A DNA stretch of 64,000 nucleotides from an uncultured virus (IMG/VR IMGVR_UViG_3300032220_001168) (lineage: Duplodnaviria; Heunggongvirae; Uroviricota; Caudoviricetes), in the IMG/VR virus record IMGVR_UViG_3300032220_001168; one strand, written 5' to 3'. The notes under the pieces were generated by a model, which saw only the letters and a program-made list of their open reading frames with translations, was not told where the DNA came from and ran no database searches. Below, piece after piece: positions 54,565-64,000 of the stretch. Every line of letters begins with the position of its first letter. Positions within the stretch are counted from its first letter, which is position 1. The position numbers were made by a program, and so were the translations under genes.

Positions 54565-54933
54565 GTGCCAGTCTTGCCAGGGATGTCAATGCAAGACTTT
54601 TTAAACAGTCCAGGGATGAGGGCTTTTCGCGAAGCGTGGCACCATGCTGATTTGATTCAGTCTGCCGAAGACGACGCCTGGTGGGACAGTCTTTCAATGG
54701 ATGAAAGAGCGCGGGCTTTTCGGCAAATTTGCAAATTAATTTACAAGGCTGATGTAAAAGACAAAGGTAGCTACCGCTACGCAATGTACGATATTTTCAA
54801 CATTGACTATGGCGATGGCCTAAATCACTACATGCATTTGCATAATCTAATTAGTCGTGGTATTGATGATGAGCAAGGGGCGTTTGTTGAGCCCGCTGAT
54901 GACAATTCAAATGATACAAGCGTCCAGTCATGA
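54565..54933 (+). CDS. hypothetical protein
   Basis: WWDSLS...GSYRY..YD.F. Confidence 0.7.
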   Translation: MPVLPGMSMQDFLNSPGMRAFREAWHHADLIQSAEDDAWWDSLSMDERARAFRQICKLIYKADVKDKGSYRYAMYDIFNIDYGDGLNHYMHLHNLISRGIDDEQGAFVEPADDNSNDTSVQS

Positions 54934-54995
54934 AAATGCCGGTGGTGAGCATAAATAGGCCAACGACAATTTCCATGACCAATAAGAATCTCGCT

Positions 54996-55394
54996 CTATT
55001 GTAGCTCGTCAAACTTGTAGGTGATCCTCATTTCGCCGCCTAATGCCTTCACTTCATTACTGGCGTCTTCTGCTGCCTCCTGCTGGATCAATACTGAAGG
55101 AACAACGGCGTCGGGCAATGGGGTGACGATGGCATGTGGATAAAGTTGCTTGGCTTGCTCGGCTAATGTTGCAGCATTCTCAATGCGCTCCTCTTTCTCC
55201 CATTGCTCCACAATTTTGACAGTTTGCCTGTCAACATCCTTCATGATTTGCCGTGTTTTCCATTCAGTCCAATCAGGACGGCACCAAACAATAAGCCTGG
55301 AGAGCCAGGGGTTAAAGGCCATTGAAGGACGCATTAGCACCAACCAAATTGCCAGCTCATAAAGCAGAGCATTGATCAGTGCTGATAGCGTCAT
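54996..55394 (-). CDS. lysis-module protein
   Basis: Overlaps endolysin stop; ends ALGGEMRI. Confidence 0.65.
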   Translation of the reverse strand: MTLSALINALLYELAIWLVLMRPSMAFNPWLSRLIVWCRPDWTEWKTRQIMKDVDRQTVKIVEQWEKEERIENAATLAEQAKQLYPHAIVTPLPDAVVPSVLIQQEAAEDASNEVKALGGEMRITYKFDELQ

Positions 55395-56083
55395 GGTTTG
55401 ACCAGTACAGCCCAGCCAGAATTGGGCCCCTCAACAGTCCAGCGGGGAGCCCAATATTTCTTCCCATAGTAAACACATTTGCCGCCTTCGCCACTGATGT
55501 ATCCACCATGAATCACGTCTGCTGTGCCATACGGGTCGTTGTGAACGATGGAAAGCGCATCAAAGCCCACTGCCACGCTCCAGTGACCGCCTCCAGAGGG
55601 GGCTTTATAGCTCCCATGATGCAACCATCCAACCAGCACTGGACGACCCTCTTTCAGCTCCTTTTCAAGGGCTTCTAGGCCCATGTTTTGCTTGAATTCC
55701 GCCTGGAGTCCTAGGTGTTGCAAAGCCTTTAGTTGAGCGCTGGAATCAGTGGTGTCCCCGTAACGAGCGCGAATGCTGTTGTACTCGTCATCACTGCCCA
55801 CTTTTCCATAGAACTTTGCGACCATGGCGGAGCTGCTGCTAAAGCATTCACGACCGCCAGAGCCACTTTTGTTGTCACGTTGCCATTCGTAGGGTACGGA
55901 CAGGATCGGAGATTTTTGCTTTCCAGTCTGACTCCAAACCTTAAACCATTCGTTATTTTTGCTCATCAATTCAGGAGCAGTCTTCATGAGCTGCTCTTCA
56001 AGCAATTGCACGGCAGCACTTTGATACGGCAGTCCTTGCTTGTAATATTTGAACAAATCAGAAAGGCGAACGGAGCCAGACAT
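55391..56083 (-). CDS. putative endolysin, C39-like cysteine peptidase
   Basis: L.VPY..Q.DN, ECFSS, GGGHW, NDPYG. Confidence 0.8.
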   Translation of the reverse strand: MSGSVRLSDLFKYYKQGLPYQSAAVQLLEEQLMKTAPELMSKNNEWFKVWSQTGKQKSPILSVPYEWQRDNKSGSGGRECFSSSSAMVAKFYGKVGSDDEYNSIRARYGDTTDSSAQLKALQHLGLQAEFKQNMGLEALEKELKEGRPVLVGWLHHGSYKAPSGGGHWSVAVGFDALSIVHNDPYGTADVIHGGYISGEGGKCVYYGKKYWAPRWTVEGPNSGWAVLVKP

Positions 56084-56097
56084 GCCTACCTCCTCTC

Positions 56098-56244
56098 CTA
56101 CTTAAGCTTGGTCTTAAAAATGGACTTGGCGATGGCAAGAATTAGCTCAACAGTGCTGTTGGGCTTGATGGGAAGAGCGGCGATGATGGTTTCAATGGCG
56201 CCAACGACGATACCGCCGATGAGCATGAGTTCTGCAGGGGTCAT
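56098..56244 (-). CDS. holin-like small membrane protein (48 aa, below ORF-track cutoff)
   Basis: MTPAELMLIGGIVVGAIETIIAALPIKPNS...; directly upstream of endolysin. Confidence 0.6.
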   Translation of the reverse strand: MTPAELMLIGGIVVGAIETIIAALPIKPNSTVELILAIAKSIFKTKLK

Positions 56245-56268
56245 GGGGAATTCTGCTTTTTCCTTAGC

Positions 56269-56478
56269 TTAGCGTTTGATTTCCAAATCGCGCACTCTTC
56301 CTTCGATCCCCTTCATGCTATTTGTTAGTTCGTCCAGCTTTTCAGCAATGCTTTCCACTTGCGTGGCAATCTTCACTTGTTGATTGCCAACAGTGACCAT
56401 CATGCCGCCACTAGCAAGCAGCATGCCTGCAGTGACGGTCGCTGCAAAGTTCATCATGCTTTCTTGCCAAGACTGCAT
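56269..56478 (-). CDS. membrane-anchored coiled-coil protein
   Basis: Hydrophobic N-terminus; RV.DLE C-terminus. Confidence 0.65.
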   Translation of the reverse strand: MQSWQESMMNFAATVTAGMLLASGGMMVTVGNQQVKIATQVESIAEKLDELTNSMKGIEGRVRDLEIKR

Positions 56479-56566
56479 TGTTCGTTGCTGTTTTTTTTAT
56501 ATTCTACACAATCGCCATCGTTAACTTTGGCAGTTTAAACTGTATGGAAGCCAGTTCAGTATCACT

Positions 56567-57049
56567 ATGGGGATGAGAAATGGACCCGAAGAACTCCTTC
56601 AATCTCTCTCCGAACTACGCCCTGGCGAGGCCAAGCGTCGTTACCGCAAAAGCATTTTTGAAGACTTCCCCACAAGAGGACCATTTGGTCATTGTGCCTG
56701 TGCCTATTGCGGGAAGTGGAGCGAGAAGCTTACGATTGATCACATCGTCCCCAAGAGCAAAGGTGGACCGCACTTTGCAAAATGGAACAATAGCCCATCT
56801 TGTCTCTCGTGTAATGCAAGCAAGGGAAGCCTGCCGTTGTTTGAATGGTGGCGACCGAAAGAATTCTGGACAGAAGAACGTGAGCTTATTTTGATGGGCT
56901 GGATTCATTCCAATAGTTTTGTTAGCGCTCACACTGATCTGTCTGATTGGGAAGCTTGGTGCCAGGCAACGCAACGTGCATTGCCCATTCATGAATCAAA
57001 AGAAAAGGGGGCTTTGGGCCCCCTCTCTATTATTTGGTGTGCGGCTTAG
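56567..57049 (+). CDS. HNH endonuclease
   Basis: CAYCG, TIDHIVPKSKGG, N...C..CN..K. Confidence 0.88.
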   Translation: MGMRNGPEELLQSLSELRPGEAKRRYRKSIFEDFPTRGPFGHCACAYCGKWSEKLTIDHIVPKSKGGPHFAKWNNSPSCLSCNASKGSLPLFEWWRPKEFWTEERELILMGWIHSNSFVSAHTDLSDWEAWCQATQRALPIHESKEKGALGPLSIIWCAA

Positions 57050-57431
57050 TCCACCAATTTGCATCTAAGCGTTCTGGGGGGCCATGGCGAACGGATGGGC
57101 AGCCGCTAATCATGTAGGCATCGGGGTCGGTAGGTTCAGCATCGTCTGTAGGCACCATCACGGCATGATCAAGAAATCTTGCTGCAATGTCTTTAACGGT
57201 GTGAGAGAATTCTTCATCGGCCTCCACTGTTTCAATGAGCTTGTTTAAATACCATTGGCATTTAAGCAAATCTTCCTTGCCATTTTTATTCTCATAGCGC
57301 CATAAATATTTCTGGCAATTTCCCTTCAGGAAGCCTTTGAAGGCTTCCCCGCTCATCGAAGCTTGAATAGCTTCAATGCTTTCAATGCCACCTTTGGCGT
57401 AATGGCTGGGGCTGTTTACGGAGTCGTGCAT
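57030..57431 (-). CDS. DUF3310-family protein
   Basis: VNSPSHY..G.IE.I, GN..KYLWR..K...EDL.K..WYL. Confidence 0.85.
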   Translation of the reverse strand: MHDSVNSPSHYAKGGIESIEAIQASMSGEAFKGFLKGNCQKYLWRYENKNGKEDLLKCQWYLNKLIETVEADEEFSHTVKDIAARFLDHAVMVPTDDAEPTDPDAYMISGCPSVRHGPPERLDANWWTKPHTK

Positions 57432-57433
57432 GA

Positions 57434-58156
57434 TCAGAATTGGTAGTTGTTTTCGGCAAACGCCTCGAAGGCTTCAGGGGCGATGGGTTCGGCCAGTTTA
57501 AGAAGGGCCTCGGCATAAACAGCAATTTCATGCTGAGCTCCCTTGCTAATGCGGAGGCTAATGAAATGCAGCAGAGCTTGCAGGGAGCAGGTCCAGACGA
57601 AGCTCGTGTACATGCATGGAGGCAGCACGCCACGAGCCTGCTCACGGCTTACACCAGCGGCTAGGAGCGCATCATAAGCTTGCCTGCTTTCCTCCACAGT
57701 CTTCGTATAAATCTGAGTTGCCATGGCCTGCCCCCGTGAATCAAGTGGCTCTCCAGAGGCTTGTCTGTTGCTAGCGGCCTGTGAAGCAAACTTAGCAGGC
57801 ACATAAAATTCTGCATCTTGGGCCGGACAATAGCGGAAGCTCTTCTCATTCCAGCCAAGCTGGTCGTCCACGTAAGTGGACGCAATGGTGTGTTTGTACC
57901 ATTGCCGAGCAATGAACAATGGGGCCTTCACCATCCATTTAAAGACAACACCACGAAATGGGCTTGTGTGCTGGTGCTTGATTAAATACTTGAGGAGTTT
58001 TGCATCACGCTCGGACCATTCCTCGGAATGACCATCAAGGCTTTGCCTGGCATCGTTCACAATGGACAGACTGTTCCCCATTGCATCAATGAGGCACAAA
58101 TAACTTTTCCCATCGTTCAAGGGGTCAATGGGGGGCGGAAGGCGCAAATCAATCAT
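57434..58156 (-). CDS. thyX: FAD-dependent thymidylate synthase
   Basis: HTSPF, RQW.KH, NEKS.RY, EQARGVLP, AQHEI. Confidence 0.9.
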   Translation of the reverse strand: MIDLRLPPPIDPLNDGKSYLCLIDAMGNSLSIVNDARQSLDGHSEEWSERDAKLLKYLIKHQHTSPFRGVVFKWMVKAPLFIARQWYKHTIASTYVDDQLGWNEKSFRYCPAQDAEFYVPAKFASQAASNRQASGEPLDSRGQAMATQIYTKTVEESRQAYDALLAAGVSREQARGVLPPCMYTSFVWTCSLQALLHFISLRISKGAQHEIAVYAEALLKLAEPIAPEAFEAFAENNYQF

Positions 58157-58505
58157 GGTCGAGGATCAACGCAATGGGGCGGATTCGTTGAAATGCCACT
58201 GTACCACTGACGTGAGCAGTTTTTTTGTCCCATTGGACCATTGCAGCTTTCCTTCCATTGCTTCTGTCGATGCCCACGAATGTGCCGTAGATGGACGTTG
58301 GCACCACACCAGCCCCCGTGAGGGCGACCAGCGCCACTCGTTCTCCCTCTTGCCAGTCATAGCCTTTTGGAACGCTCCTCAGCTTATAACGCCGGGAAGC
58401 CGGACACAAGATTTCGGGATTCTCGCCATTTTCCACACGTCGTACAAATTGCTTGCTATGCCCTCTTGGTTGTAGCCTAAAGACTGCAAACGATAATTTA
58501 CGCAT
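58149..58505 (-). CDS. hypothetical protein
   Basis: Overlaps thyX start; true start uncertain. Confidence 0.55.
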   Translation of the reverse strand: MRKLSFAVFRLQPRGHSKQFVRRVENGENPEILCPASRRYKLRSVPKGYDWQEGERVALVALTGAGVVPTSIYGTFVGIDRSNGRKAAMVQWDKKTAHVSGTVAFQRIRPIALILDHD

Positions 58506-58860
58506 GACTTTTTGCGTTCCGGTGGAATTGGTTTACAATGGCAAAAGTAGAGTTGCGATGATGGGTCCATTCGAGCATTCGGCAGAACGTGAATTCTCTT
58601 TGACCGTCAACAGAAAGGCCATTGCAGAATGCCACGACAATGCAAAGCTTCGTGAAGTGGCACAGAATTTGCTGACTGGCTGGTCATCCATGCAGACGGC
58701 AGTGCAAAGTCTTATGTTAGAAAACATCCAGCTTCGTCAGGCGATGGCCAAGCAAGAAACAGACTTGGAAGCTGCTGATGCCATTATCAAGGAAGCACTT
58801 GAGCTTGCTGAATGTGCCCAGCAATCAGCGCGTGCCAGAAGGCGTCTTTGGCCATGGTAG
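58504..58860 (+). CDS. coiled-coil hypothetical protein
   Basis: 118 aa. Confidence 0.65.
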   Translation: MTFCVPVELVYNGKSRVAMMGPFEHSAEREFSLTVNRKAIAECHDNAKLREVAQNLLTGWSSMQTAVQSLMLENIQLRQAMAKQETDLEAADAIIKEALELAECAQQSARARRRLWPW

Positions 58861-59161
58861 CCGTGAGCAGAAAGATCGTCCAGTCGCTTGTATAAGCAAG
58901 ATTGTATTTGCGACAGTCTCTTTCATAGCCACTGCCAGTGACGTGACGGCCACGCATGTAAACGCCACCTTGGATTTCGATGCCAGTGCGAGAGTCGGGA
59001 TGAGCAAAATCTAGGCGGTAGCGTTTGGAACGTTTTGATTTGGCATGGCGCTCTTGAAAATCCTTCTCCCAGGCGTCAATCTCACTAAACTCTCTTTCCA
59101 ATGGAAGGGAAGGATTGTGAGCCTGCCATAGTCCCAGGAATTGATCTTCAAGAGCACTCAC
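58787..59161 (-). CDS. Vsr/DUF559-like PD-(D/E)xK endonuclease
   Basis: YRLDFA.P...IEIQGG...GRH...D..KYN.A. Confidence 0.8.
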   Translation of the reverse strand: MSALEDQFLGLWQAHNPSLPLEREFSEIDAWEKDFQERHAKSKRSKRYRLDFAHPDSRTGIEIQGGVYMRGRHVTGSGYERDCRKYNLAYTSDWTIFLLTATMAKDAFWHALIAGHIQQAQVLP

Positions 59162-59163
59162 TA

Positions 59164-59757
59164 TTAAACAGCAGCTAACTGTACGTTAGCCCCTTGGTTC
59201 TGGTAGTTGCCAGTATAGGCCCGTCCCACTTCCTCGATCTCCATGAGCATCACTTGCACAATACCTTCGTTCGCATAGATGCGTGCTGGAAAAGCAGTGG
59301 GGTTGGAGATGCTAATCGTGAGATGACCGGCCCACCCAGGTTCGATGGGCGTCACGTTGATGATGATGCCGCAGCGAGCGTAAGTGGATTTACCATCGCA
59401 AATGCCAATGACATTGCTAGGCATGGAGATAAGCTCGTAGCTTGTACCAAGGCCATAGCTATGGGGAGGCAAGCGAAAATACTCACCACCGTTGCTGTGG
59501 ATTAATGGGGCTTCATACGGGATGGTGCTATTAAAAAGCTTGGCATCCAATTCACCCTTGTTGGTTCCCTTGACAGTTTTGCCGTCAACAACAAGAAAAT
59601 GGTCAGGAGACAGCCGAATGTCATAACCAGCTTGGGACAGGCCGTATGAAATGGCTTTGGTGCCATCATCAAGAGTTCGCATCTTCTCGCCCACGAAAGG
59701 CATGAAGATGTCGTTCTCCGCAAGCTTGGCAATTTGCTTGTCGTTAAGCAGCGTCAC
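59164..59757 (-). CDS. dcd: dCTP deaminase
   Basis: ISYGLS..GYD, GKSTYARCG, IEPGW.G, YANEG. Confidence 0.9.
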   Translation of the reverse strand: MTLLNDKQIAKLAENDIFMPFVGEKMRTLDDGTKAISYGLSQAGYDIRLSPDHFLVVDGKTVKGTNKGELDAKLFNSTIPYEAPLIHSNGGEYFRLPPHSYGLGTSYELISMPSNVIGICDGKSTYARCGIIINVTPIEPGWAGHLTISISNPTAFPARIYANEGIVQVMLMEIEEVGRAYTGNYQNQGANVQLAAV

Positions 59758-59950
59758 GATTGAAGATAAAGCGAAGGATCATTGAGCCAGAAGCCACGGC
59801 AGCTCCGAAGCGCACCATTTCCAACCAAGGAAACAATGGCAAAAGGCCCCACCAAAGGGGCCATGCCATCAAGAAGAGAAGGAATCCTTGAATGGGAATT
59901 GCGAGCAATAAACCTACCAGCATGGAACCAGGGTCTTTATTGCTCATGAC
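59744..59950 (-). CDS. small membrane protein
   Basis: Hydrophobic ORF from MSNKDP. Confidence 0.55.
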   Translation of the reverse strand, partial: VMSNKDPGSMLVGLLLAIPIQGFLLFLMAWPLWWGLLPLFPWLEMVRFGAAVASGSMILRFIFNRDAA

Positions 59951-59951
59951 T

Positions 59952-60215
59952 TCAGAACAGATCGGTGGAGCTGCTGCTGCCGCCGCCATCGTCGCTCTGC
60001 CACACGGAAGCGTAGCCCTTAGGGCCTTCCTTGTCGCCCTTGATCTTGACGGAACCGGTGAAACTCGGGGAGCGCTCAGAGGTCATCCTTTCGTTGGGCC
60101 ATACAGCCATGTCGAGGCTGTAGTTGCCACGATCATTAGCACCAGCCTTCTTCAATGCATTGAGAAGGTCAGGGGTGAGATCAATGGCGGCGGTAATAGT
60201 GGGGCGATTTGCCAC
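59952..60215 (-). CDS. putative ssDNA-binding protein
   Basis: Recombination module; P.FTG.V; flexible tail ending DLF. Confidence 0.55.
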   Translation of the reverse strand: MANRPTITAAIDLTPDLLNALKKAGANDRGNYSLDMAVWPNERMTSERSPSFTGSVKIKGDKEGPKGYASVWQSDDGGGSSSSTDLF

Positions 60216-60272
60216 GGTGTTGCTCCTTGGAGGATGTTAGATGCCCGTGAGGGCTGGCCAAATATAGAGGCT

Positions 60273-61037
60273 TCAAGCGCCCTTGTCAACAGTGATGGTG
60301 AAGGGTTTGCCTCCTGGATAGAATTCGTCAAAGTACCGGCGAGTTTTGTCGTTCATGATGGCTGCCTGGCAGGCGAGATCACAACCATCCATTGTTACGA
60401 TTTGCGCCTCTTCGCCCTCTCCCGTGTCTGGATCGTAGATGGAGATGGCGCAATAGGCTTCGTTAATTTCAATAGAGTACATTTGCTCAAGGGCCTGTGC
60501 GTAGGCTCCAAGTTGCATTTTGTAATCAGCTAGGTAGCAGTCGAGTTTGCGCTTGTAGCTGGTCTTCCAATCGAGGAGGGCAATGTTGCCATTCTTCATG
60601 GTGGCCAGCATGTCGAAGGTGCCGGAATAGCCAATTTGCAACTCAGAATTAAAATAGGCAATGGCGCTCTCCACTAGCAACGGCTCGTCAATGGTTTCTA
60701 GGAAGGGTTCGATGGAATGGAAATAGGGGCGATATTTGCTTTTGGCCTCAAGATGATGCTCAATATCCTCCCCATTCCATAGATCCTCCAAAACGCCGTG
60801 TAACCACACGCCACGATCAATGGAACCCATGGTGCGACGGTTGGCCTCTGCATCGCCCACTCGTTTCCGCCAGTTAATGAGAGCCATGATCTTGCCCACT
60901 GGTGAGCATGCTCCGGCTACGGTCGTAACAGAGGGCAGAACCAAGCCCGCAGGTACATGGTCCAAGCCCTCTGGCACCTTGTAATAGCGACGTTTGTCCA
61001 GTTGAATTCGGTCCGGGACAAACTGCTTGAACTTCAT
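60273..61037 (-). CDS. PD-(D/E)xK (Cas4/RecB-like) exonuclease
   Basis: LPSVTT, RG..LH, GT.D, DWKTS, QL.AY. Confidence 0.85.
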   Translation of the reverse strand: MKFKQFVPDRIQLDKRRYYKVPEGLDHVPAGLVLPSVTTVAGACSPVGKIMALINWRKRVGDAEANRRTMGSIDRGVWLHGVLEDLWNGEDIEHHLEAKSKYRPYFHSIEPFLETIDEPLLVESAIAYFNSELQIGYSGTFDMLATMKNGNIALLDWKTSYKRKLDCYLADYKMQLGAYAQALEQMYSIEINEAYCAISIYDPDTGEGEEAQIVTMDGCDLACQAAIMNDKTRRYFDEFYPGGKPFTITVDKGA

Positions 61038-61175
61038 TGGAACATCATTTGTTCTTCACACAATACCCCCCAGAGCGGTAGTAGCCAAGGGGGCATGTGC
61101 CGGAATAGGTGATAGGCTCATTGCAAGCCCCTGCTGGCAGGCCAAATGCAACGACAATCAGAGCAATGATGGCTT

Positions 61176-61490
61176 TCATGGTTTAGGAGGAGCAAGGGGG
61201 CTTTGCATGTCAACTTTGTAATGGTCAATGATGGCGCCAGTACCACGGTCCCAAGTGGTGCCACAGTCTGGACATTGCCAGGCATAGCCACGATCTTCAC
61301 GCCAAGACGATAGGTAGATCACCCTGGAGAACCATTTGGAGCCACCAAAAAAGTGCTGGCTTTCTTCTGGAATGGGCTTGTCGTGCCATAGGCTTCCACA
61401 CTCTGGGCAGTTTTTAATGTCCGAAAAGCTGGTCACTTCAGAACTTCCCCCCAACACACACGATTGGCTTGCCATAGCAAAACCCTGCAC
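61176..61490 (-). CDS. zinc-ribbon protein
   Basis: CPEC...WQCPDC. Confidence 0.65.
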   Translation of the reverse strand: MQGFAMASQSCVLGGSSEVTSFSDIKNCPECGSLWHDKPIPEESQHFFGGSKWFSRVIYLSSWREDRGYAWQCPDCGTTWDRGTGAIIDHYKVDMQSPLAPPKP

Positions 61491-61774
61491 AAATAATTTT
61501 CTGAAGGGTCCGGGTCAGAAGCATATGCAACATGCGCTGATTCCCATGCACTCATCCATTGTTCTTTCGTGGGAAATTTTCTTTGATCTTGATCGTCCAT
61601 TGGTAAATAGTCTCAAGAAGGTAAACAATTGATGAAAGGATTAGCAGCAATAAGACACTGCCAATCACAATGGAAAATGTAACTGAGAGAGCCATGATTC
61701 ATCAAGAGGGCTGCCTTCAGAATTGGTGACAATTTGGCCCTTGAAAACAAGAGCCAAGCGAACTGCCGCCAGGT

Positions 61775-62686
61775 CTAAAGCTTTCCCGCAACGAATACTT
61801 CCACTCCTTTAATGGCCTGCTCAGTGGTGCCTTCGGCACAGATAGAACGAAGAGTGGCAATCTCCTGTGTCATGGCCGCCTTGGTAATCTTGATGCCTTT
61901 CTCCTTCACCCATGCCGATACCATTGCAATGATTGCATTGGCGAGCATATGAGCGTCTTTGAGATCGTCACCTTTGGAAAGGCCAAGGCTTTCCAAGGCA
62001 GTTTTGGCAGCTAAAAGACTTGCCCGCTCTTCTCCGTACTGAAGAGGATTGGCTTTGCAAAAGGCTGTGAGGGCTTCTTTGCCATTGAAGGCAACAGTCC
62101 CCGTTCCTCCAGTAGCAGGAATGCTTGTTGTAGCAGGCGACTTGTCCTGTTGCGATACCGCTGCTGGTTTCTTGCTCTCCTGTTGGAGGGGGAGTTTGGG
62201 CGCAGTTTGTACGTTGCCATCGTCAGCAGTGGGAATGTCTTCGCCGGAATAAAGCTTGAGACCAAGGCCCGTAAAAGTAGCAATACACTTGACACTGGCC
62301 CGTTGAATGTTGTCGCTCACTTGACGAGCATCAAGCTCCTTAACTGCATTGTGCTTGTTGTCCATCAATGGAAAGACCAACGCAGGAGTGCGACGGCAAC
62401 CATCTGTAAGGTAGGCCCGCAGAATCCAGCAGCCAGTCTGGCCAAACACCGGCCACCCCATTGTGCTCTCCTCAAATGCCACGAACAACGTGGGAAATTG
62501 CTCCTTGAGGTAGCGGAAAGCAAAAGGCCAGGACAAATAGGAGAGTCCTTTGTAGTTTTTCTCAACGTGCTCGCCAATGGGCAGCATGTAAGCTTTGGTG
62601 AACTGTTCAGGGGTGATTTCCAGAGGGCTGAACAGACCATTCATGCGGTCAGATAGAGCTAGTGATGCGGGGGAGGTAAGGTCCAT
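61775..62686 (-). CDS. sak: Sak/DUF1071 (Rad52-like) single-strand annealing protein
   Basis: LSYLSW..A, PLMD.K.NA, QRA.VK.IA..GLGL.LY.GED.P. Confidence 0.85.
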   Translation of the reverse strand: MDLTSPASLALSDRMNGLFSPLEITPEQFTKAYMLPIGEHVEKNYKGLSYLSWPFAFRYLKEQFPTLFVAFEESTMGWPVFGQTGCWILRAYLTDGCRRTPALVFPLMDNKHNAVKELDARQVSDNIQRASVKCIATFTGLGLKLYSGEDIPTADDGNVQTAPKLPLQQESKKPAAVSQQDKSPATTSIPATGGTGTVAFNGKEALTAFCKANPLQYGEERASLLAAKTALESLGLSKGDDLKDAHMLANAIIAMVSAWVKEKGIKITKAAMTQEIATLRSICAEGTTEQAIKGVEVFVAGKL

Positions 62687-62726
62687 GGGAAAAGAAAAGA
62701 TGTCGGAAAAACAAGACTGGGTCACT

Positions 62727-62993
62727 TTACAATTCGGGAACAGAACTGTCCAGGTTTTGAATGAGGTCATACATGATGACCACTTTGTTGGTAATCTTCT
62801 CCTCGTGGTTGACAAGGCTATCGCCAGGCAACGGCCAATCACGAGTCACTCGCACGTCCGTAATGCCTTCAACGTGCTTCCAATCAAAACCTTCTTCCAT
62901 GGCACCCTCCTCAAAACAGAGCACCACTTCCATGTCTTCATGGTCCATGACGTAGGCGCTTTGAAGGGCTTGAATCAGTTCAGAGATTTTCAT
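62727..62993 (-). CDS. hypothetical acidic protein
   Basis: MKISELIQAL. Confidence 0.65.
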   Translation of the reverse strand: MKISELIQALQSAYVMDHEDMEVVLCFEEGAMEEGFDWKHVEGITDVRVTRDWPLPGDSLVNHEEKITNKVVIMYDLIQNLDSSVPEL

Positions 62994-63228
62994 AGTCATC
63001 AAGAGAAGTGGGGAGTTCGGGAGCGGTGTAGTCCACGCATAGGGACCAGGCCCCATTAGAAAGACTTGCGGAGCCTTCCCATATGGGAGTGGCGCGGATG
63101 AGGCGCTCTAACGCTTCGCTACGGGACAGCTTGGCTTCTGAAGCAATGCTGTCTAAGTGGTCAACGGCATCCTGCGTAAGCGTGAAATGCCTTTTGGTTT
63201 TGGGGCTGTCGTAACTGGATTTCGGCAT
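62980..63228 (-). CDS. ribbon-helix-helix DNA-binding protein
   Basis: HFTLT......LD..A....LSRSE..ERLIR. Confidence 0.75.
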   Translation of the reverse strand: MPKSSYDSPKTKRHFTLTQDAVDHLDSIASEAKLSRSEALERLIRATPIWEGSASLSNGAWSLCVDYTAPELPTSLDDYENL

Positions 63229-63375
63229 GCAGTGGCGCCGTGGTTCCTCCCCACAATACCCGCAAGAAGCCTTCAAGCAACCCATTGGGCGATAAGGATG
63301 CCTTATAGCTACAGGGATTGCAGGAAACCACCTTGGATGCGATGATGCAAAGCGGCATACCACGTACCACCTTTC

Positions 63376-64000
63376 ATGTCGTTCTCGATCCTGGACTTTC
63401 TGGACCAACTGGAGCCCAGCAAGGAATCAGGCAAATACATCTGTCCCGCCTGCGGGAACAACGACTTTTCGGTTAACAAAAAGAACGGCGCCTACTCCTG
63501 CTGGCACGACCCATCCCCTGCGCACCGCGCCGAAGTGAGAAACGTGCTTGCTCCAATGGTGCGATGGGAAAAGCCGCCGAGGGAGGCCGGTGTCTATTCA
63601 TTCCCATACAGGAACCAATCTGGGAGCGAAGTGGTGCTTGTTCACCGCGACGACACTTCTGGCAGCAAGCGCATCTGGCAAGAATTTCCCACCATTGATC
63701 ACAACGCCACTGGCCACAAGACGCAGCTCCAAGAGGTGAAGGCCAACATCCTTCCCTTTATGTATGAGGAGGCAATTGCCGAGAGCGCTAAAACCGGCTT
63801 GCCCATTGTCGTGGTCGAGGGTGAACTCACCTGCCAGGCCGTCTGGTCCATTGGTCTGCCCTCCGTCACCTTTCTGGGTGGCAGCAAGCAATACCGCACT
63901 AATGGCGACTACGCCAGCCTCTTCAAAAATCAGAAGCTAGTCCTGGCTCCCGACAGGGATGAGCAGGGCGTTGCTTTCATGAAGGAAGTGGAGGCCGATA
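63376..64000 (+). CDS. DNA primase (zinc finger + TOPRIM), truncated by window end
   Basis: Translated by hand: CPACG...YSCW, IVVVEGE, LAPDRD..G; missing from ORF track because no stop in window. Confidence 0.85.
   Translation, partial: MSFSILDFLDQLEPSKESGKYICPACGNNDFSVNKKNGAYSCWHDPSPAHRAEVRNVLAPMVRWEKPPREAGVYSFPYRNQSGSEVVLVHRDDTSGSKRIWQEFPTIDHNATGHKTQLQEVKANILPFMYEEAIAESAKTGLPIVVVEGELTCQAVWSIGLPSVTFLGGSKQYRTNGDYASLFKNQKLVLAPDRDEQGVAFMKEVEAD

Noticed and set aside
60273..61037. Cas4-like nuclease as part of a CRISPR system
   Set aside because: No array or other cas genes; sits with Sak and SSB as a recombination exonuclease
1..64000. Integrase, introns/inteins, stop-codon reassignment, diversity-generating retroelement
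   Set aside because: None seen; core genes are intact in the standard code and there is no reverse transcriptase

Overview
64 kb of a lytic long-tailed (siphovirus-like) dsDNA phage genome, most likely infecting a picocyanobacterium (Synechococcus/Cyanobium type). The host call is an inference from the cyanophage-type short class I RNR and from matches to cyanobacterial RpaB/HLR1, LexA, NtcA and Fur operators. Order: small early genes with four copies of one promoter module (1-5.5 kb); repeat/operator block and a 2.4 kb island of extreme composition carrying four genes (5.5-8.5 kb); HNH, RNR, an atypical tRNA and a metallophosphoesterase (8.6-14 kb); terminase, portal, MuF-like protein, glycosylation cassette, DUF2213 protease, DUF2184 capsid (14.4-27 kb); lambda-like tail and fibres (27-54.5 kb); lysis; ThyX, dCTP deaminase, exonuclease, Sak and the start of a primase (55-64 kb). 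Most notable: (1) an island almost purged of AC/GT (and CA/TG/AT/TA) dinucleotides, which forces its proteins into a reduced amino-acid alphabet and is bracketed by tandem repeats and host transcription-factor sites; (2) two in-frame G_GGA_AAG -1 frameshift signals with 3' stem-loops outside the tail chaperone locus; (3) early promoters with an HLR1-like box exactly 28 nt upstream of the -10; (4) two candidate structured ncRNAs. All product calls come from motif recognition by eye; no database searches were run.
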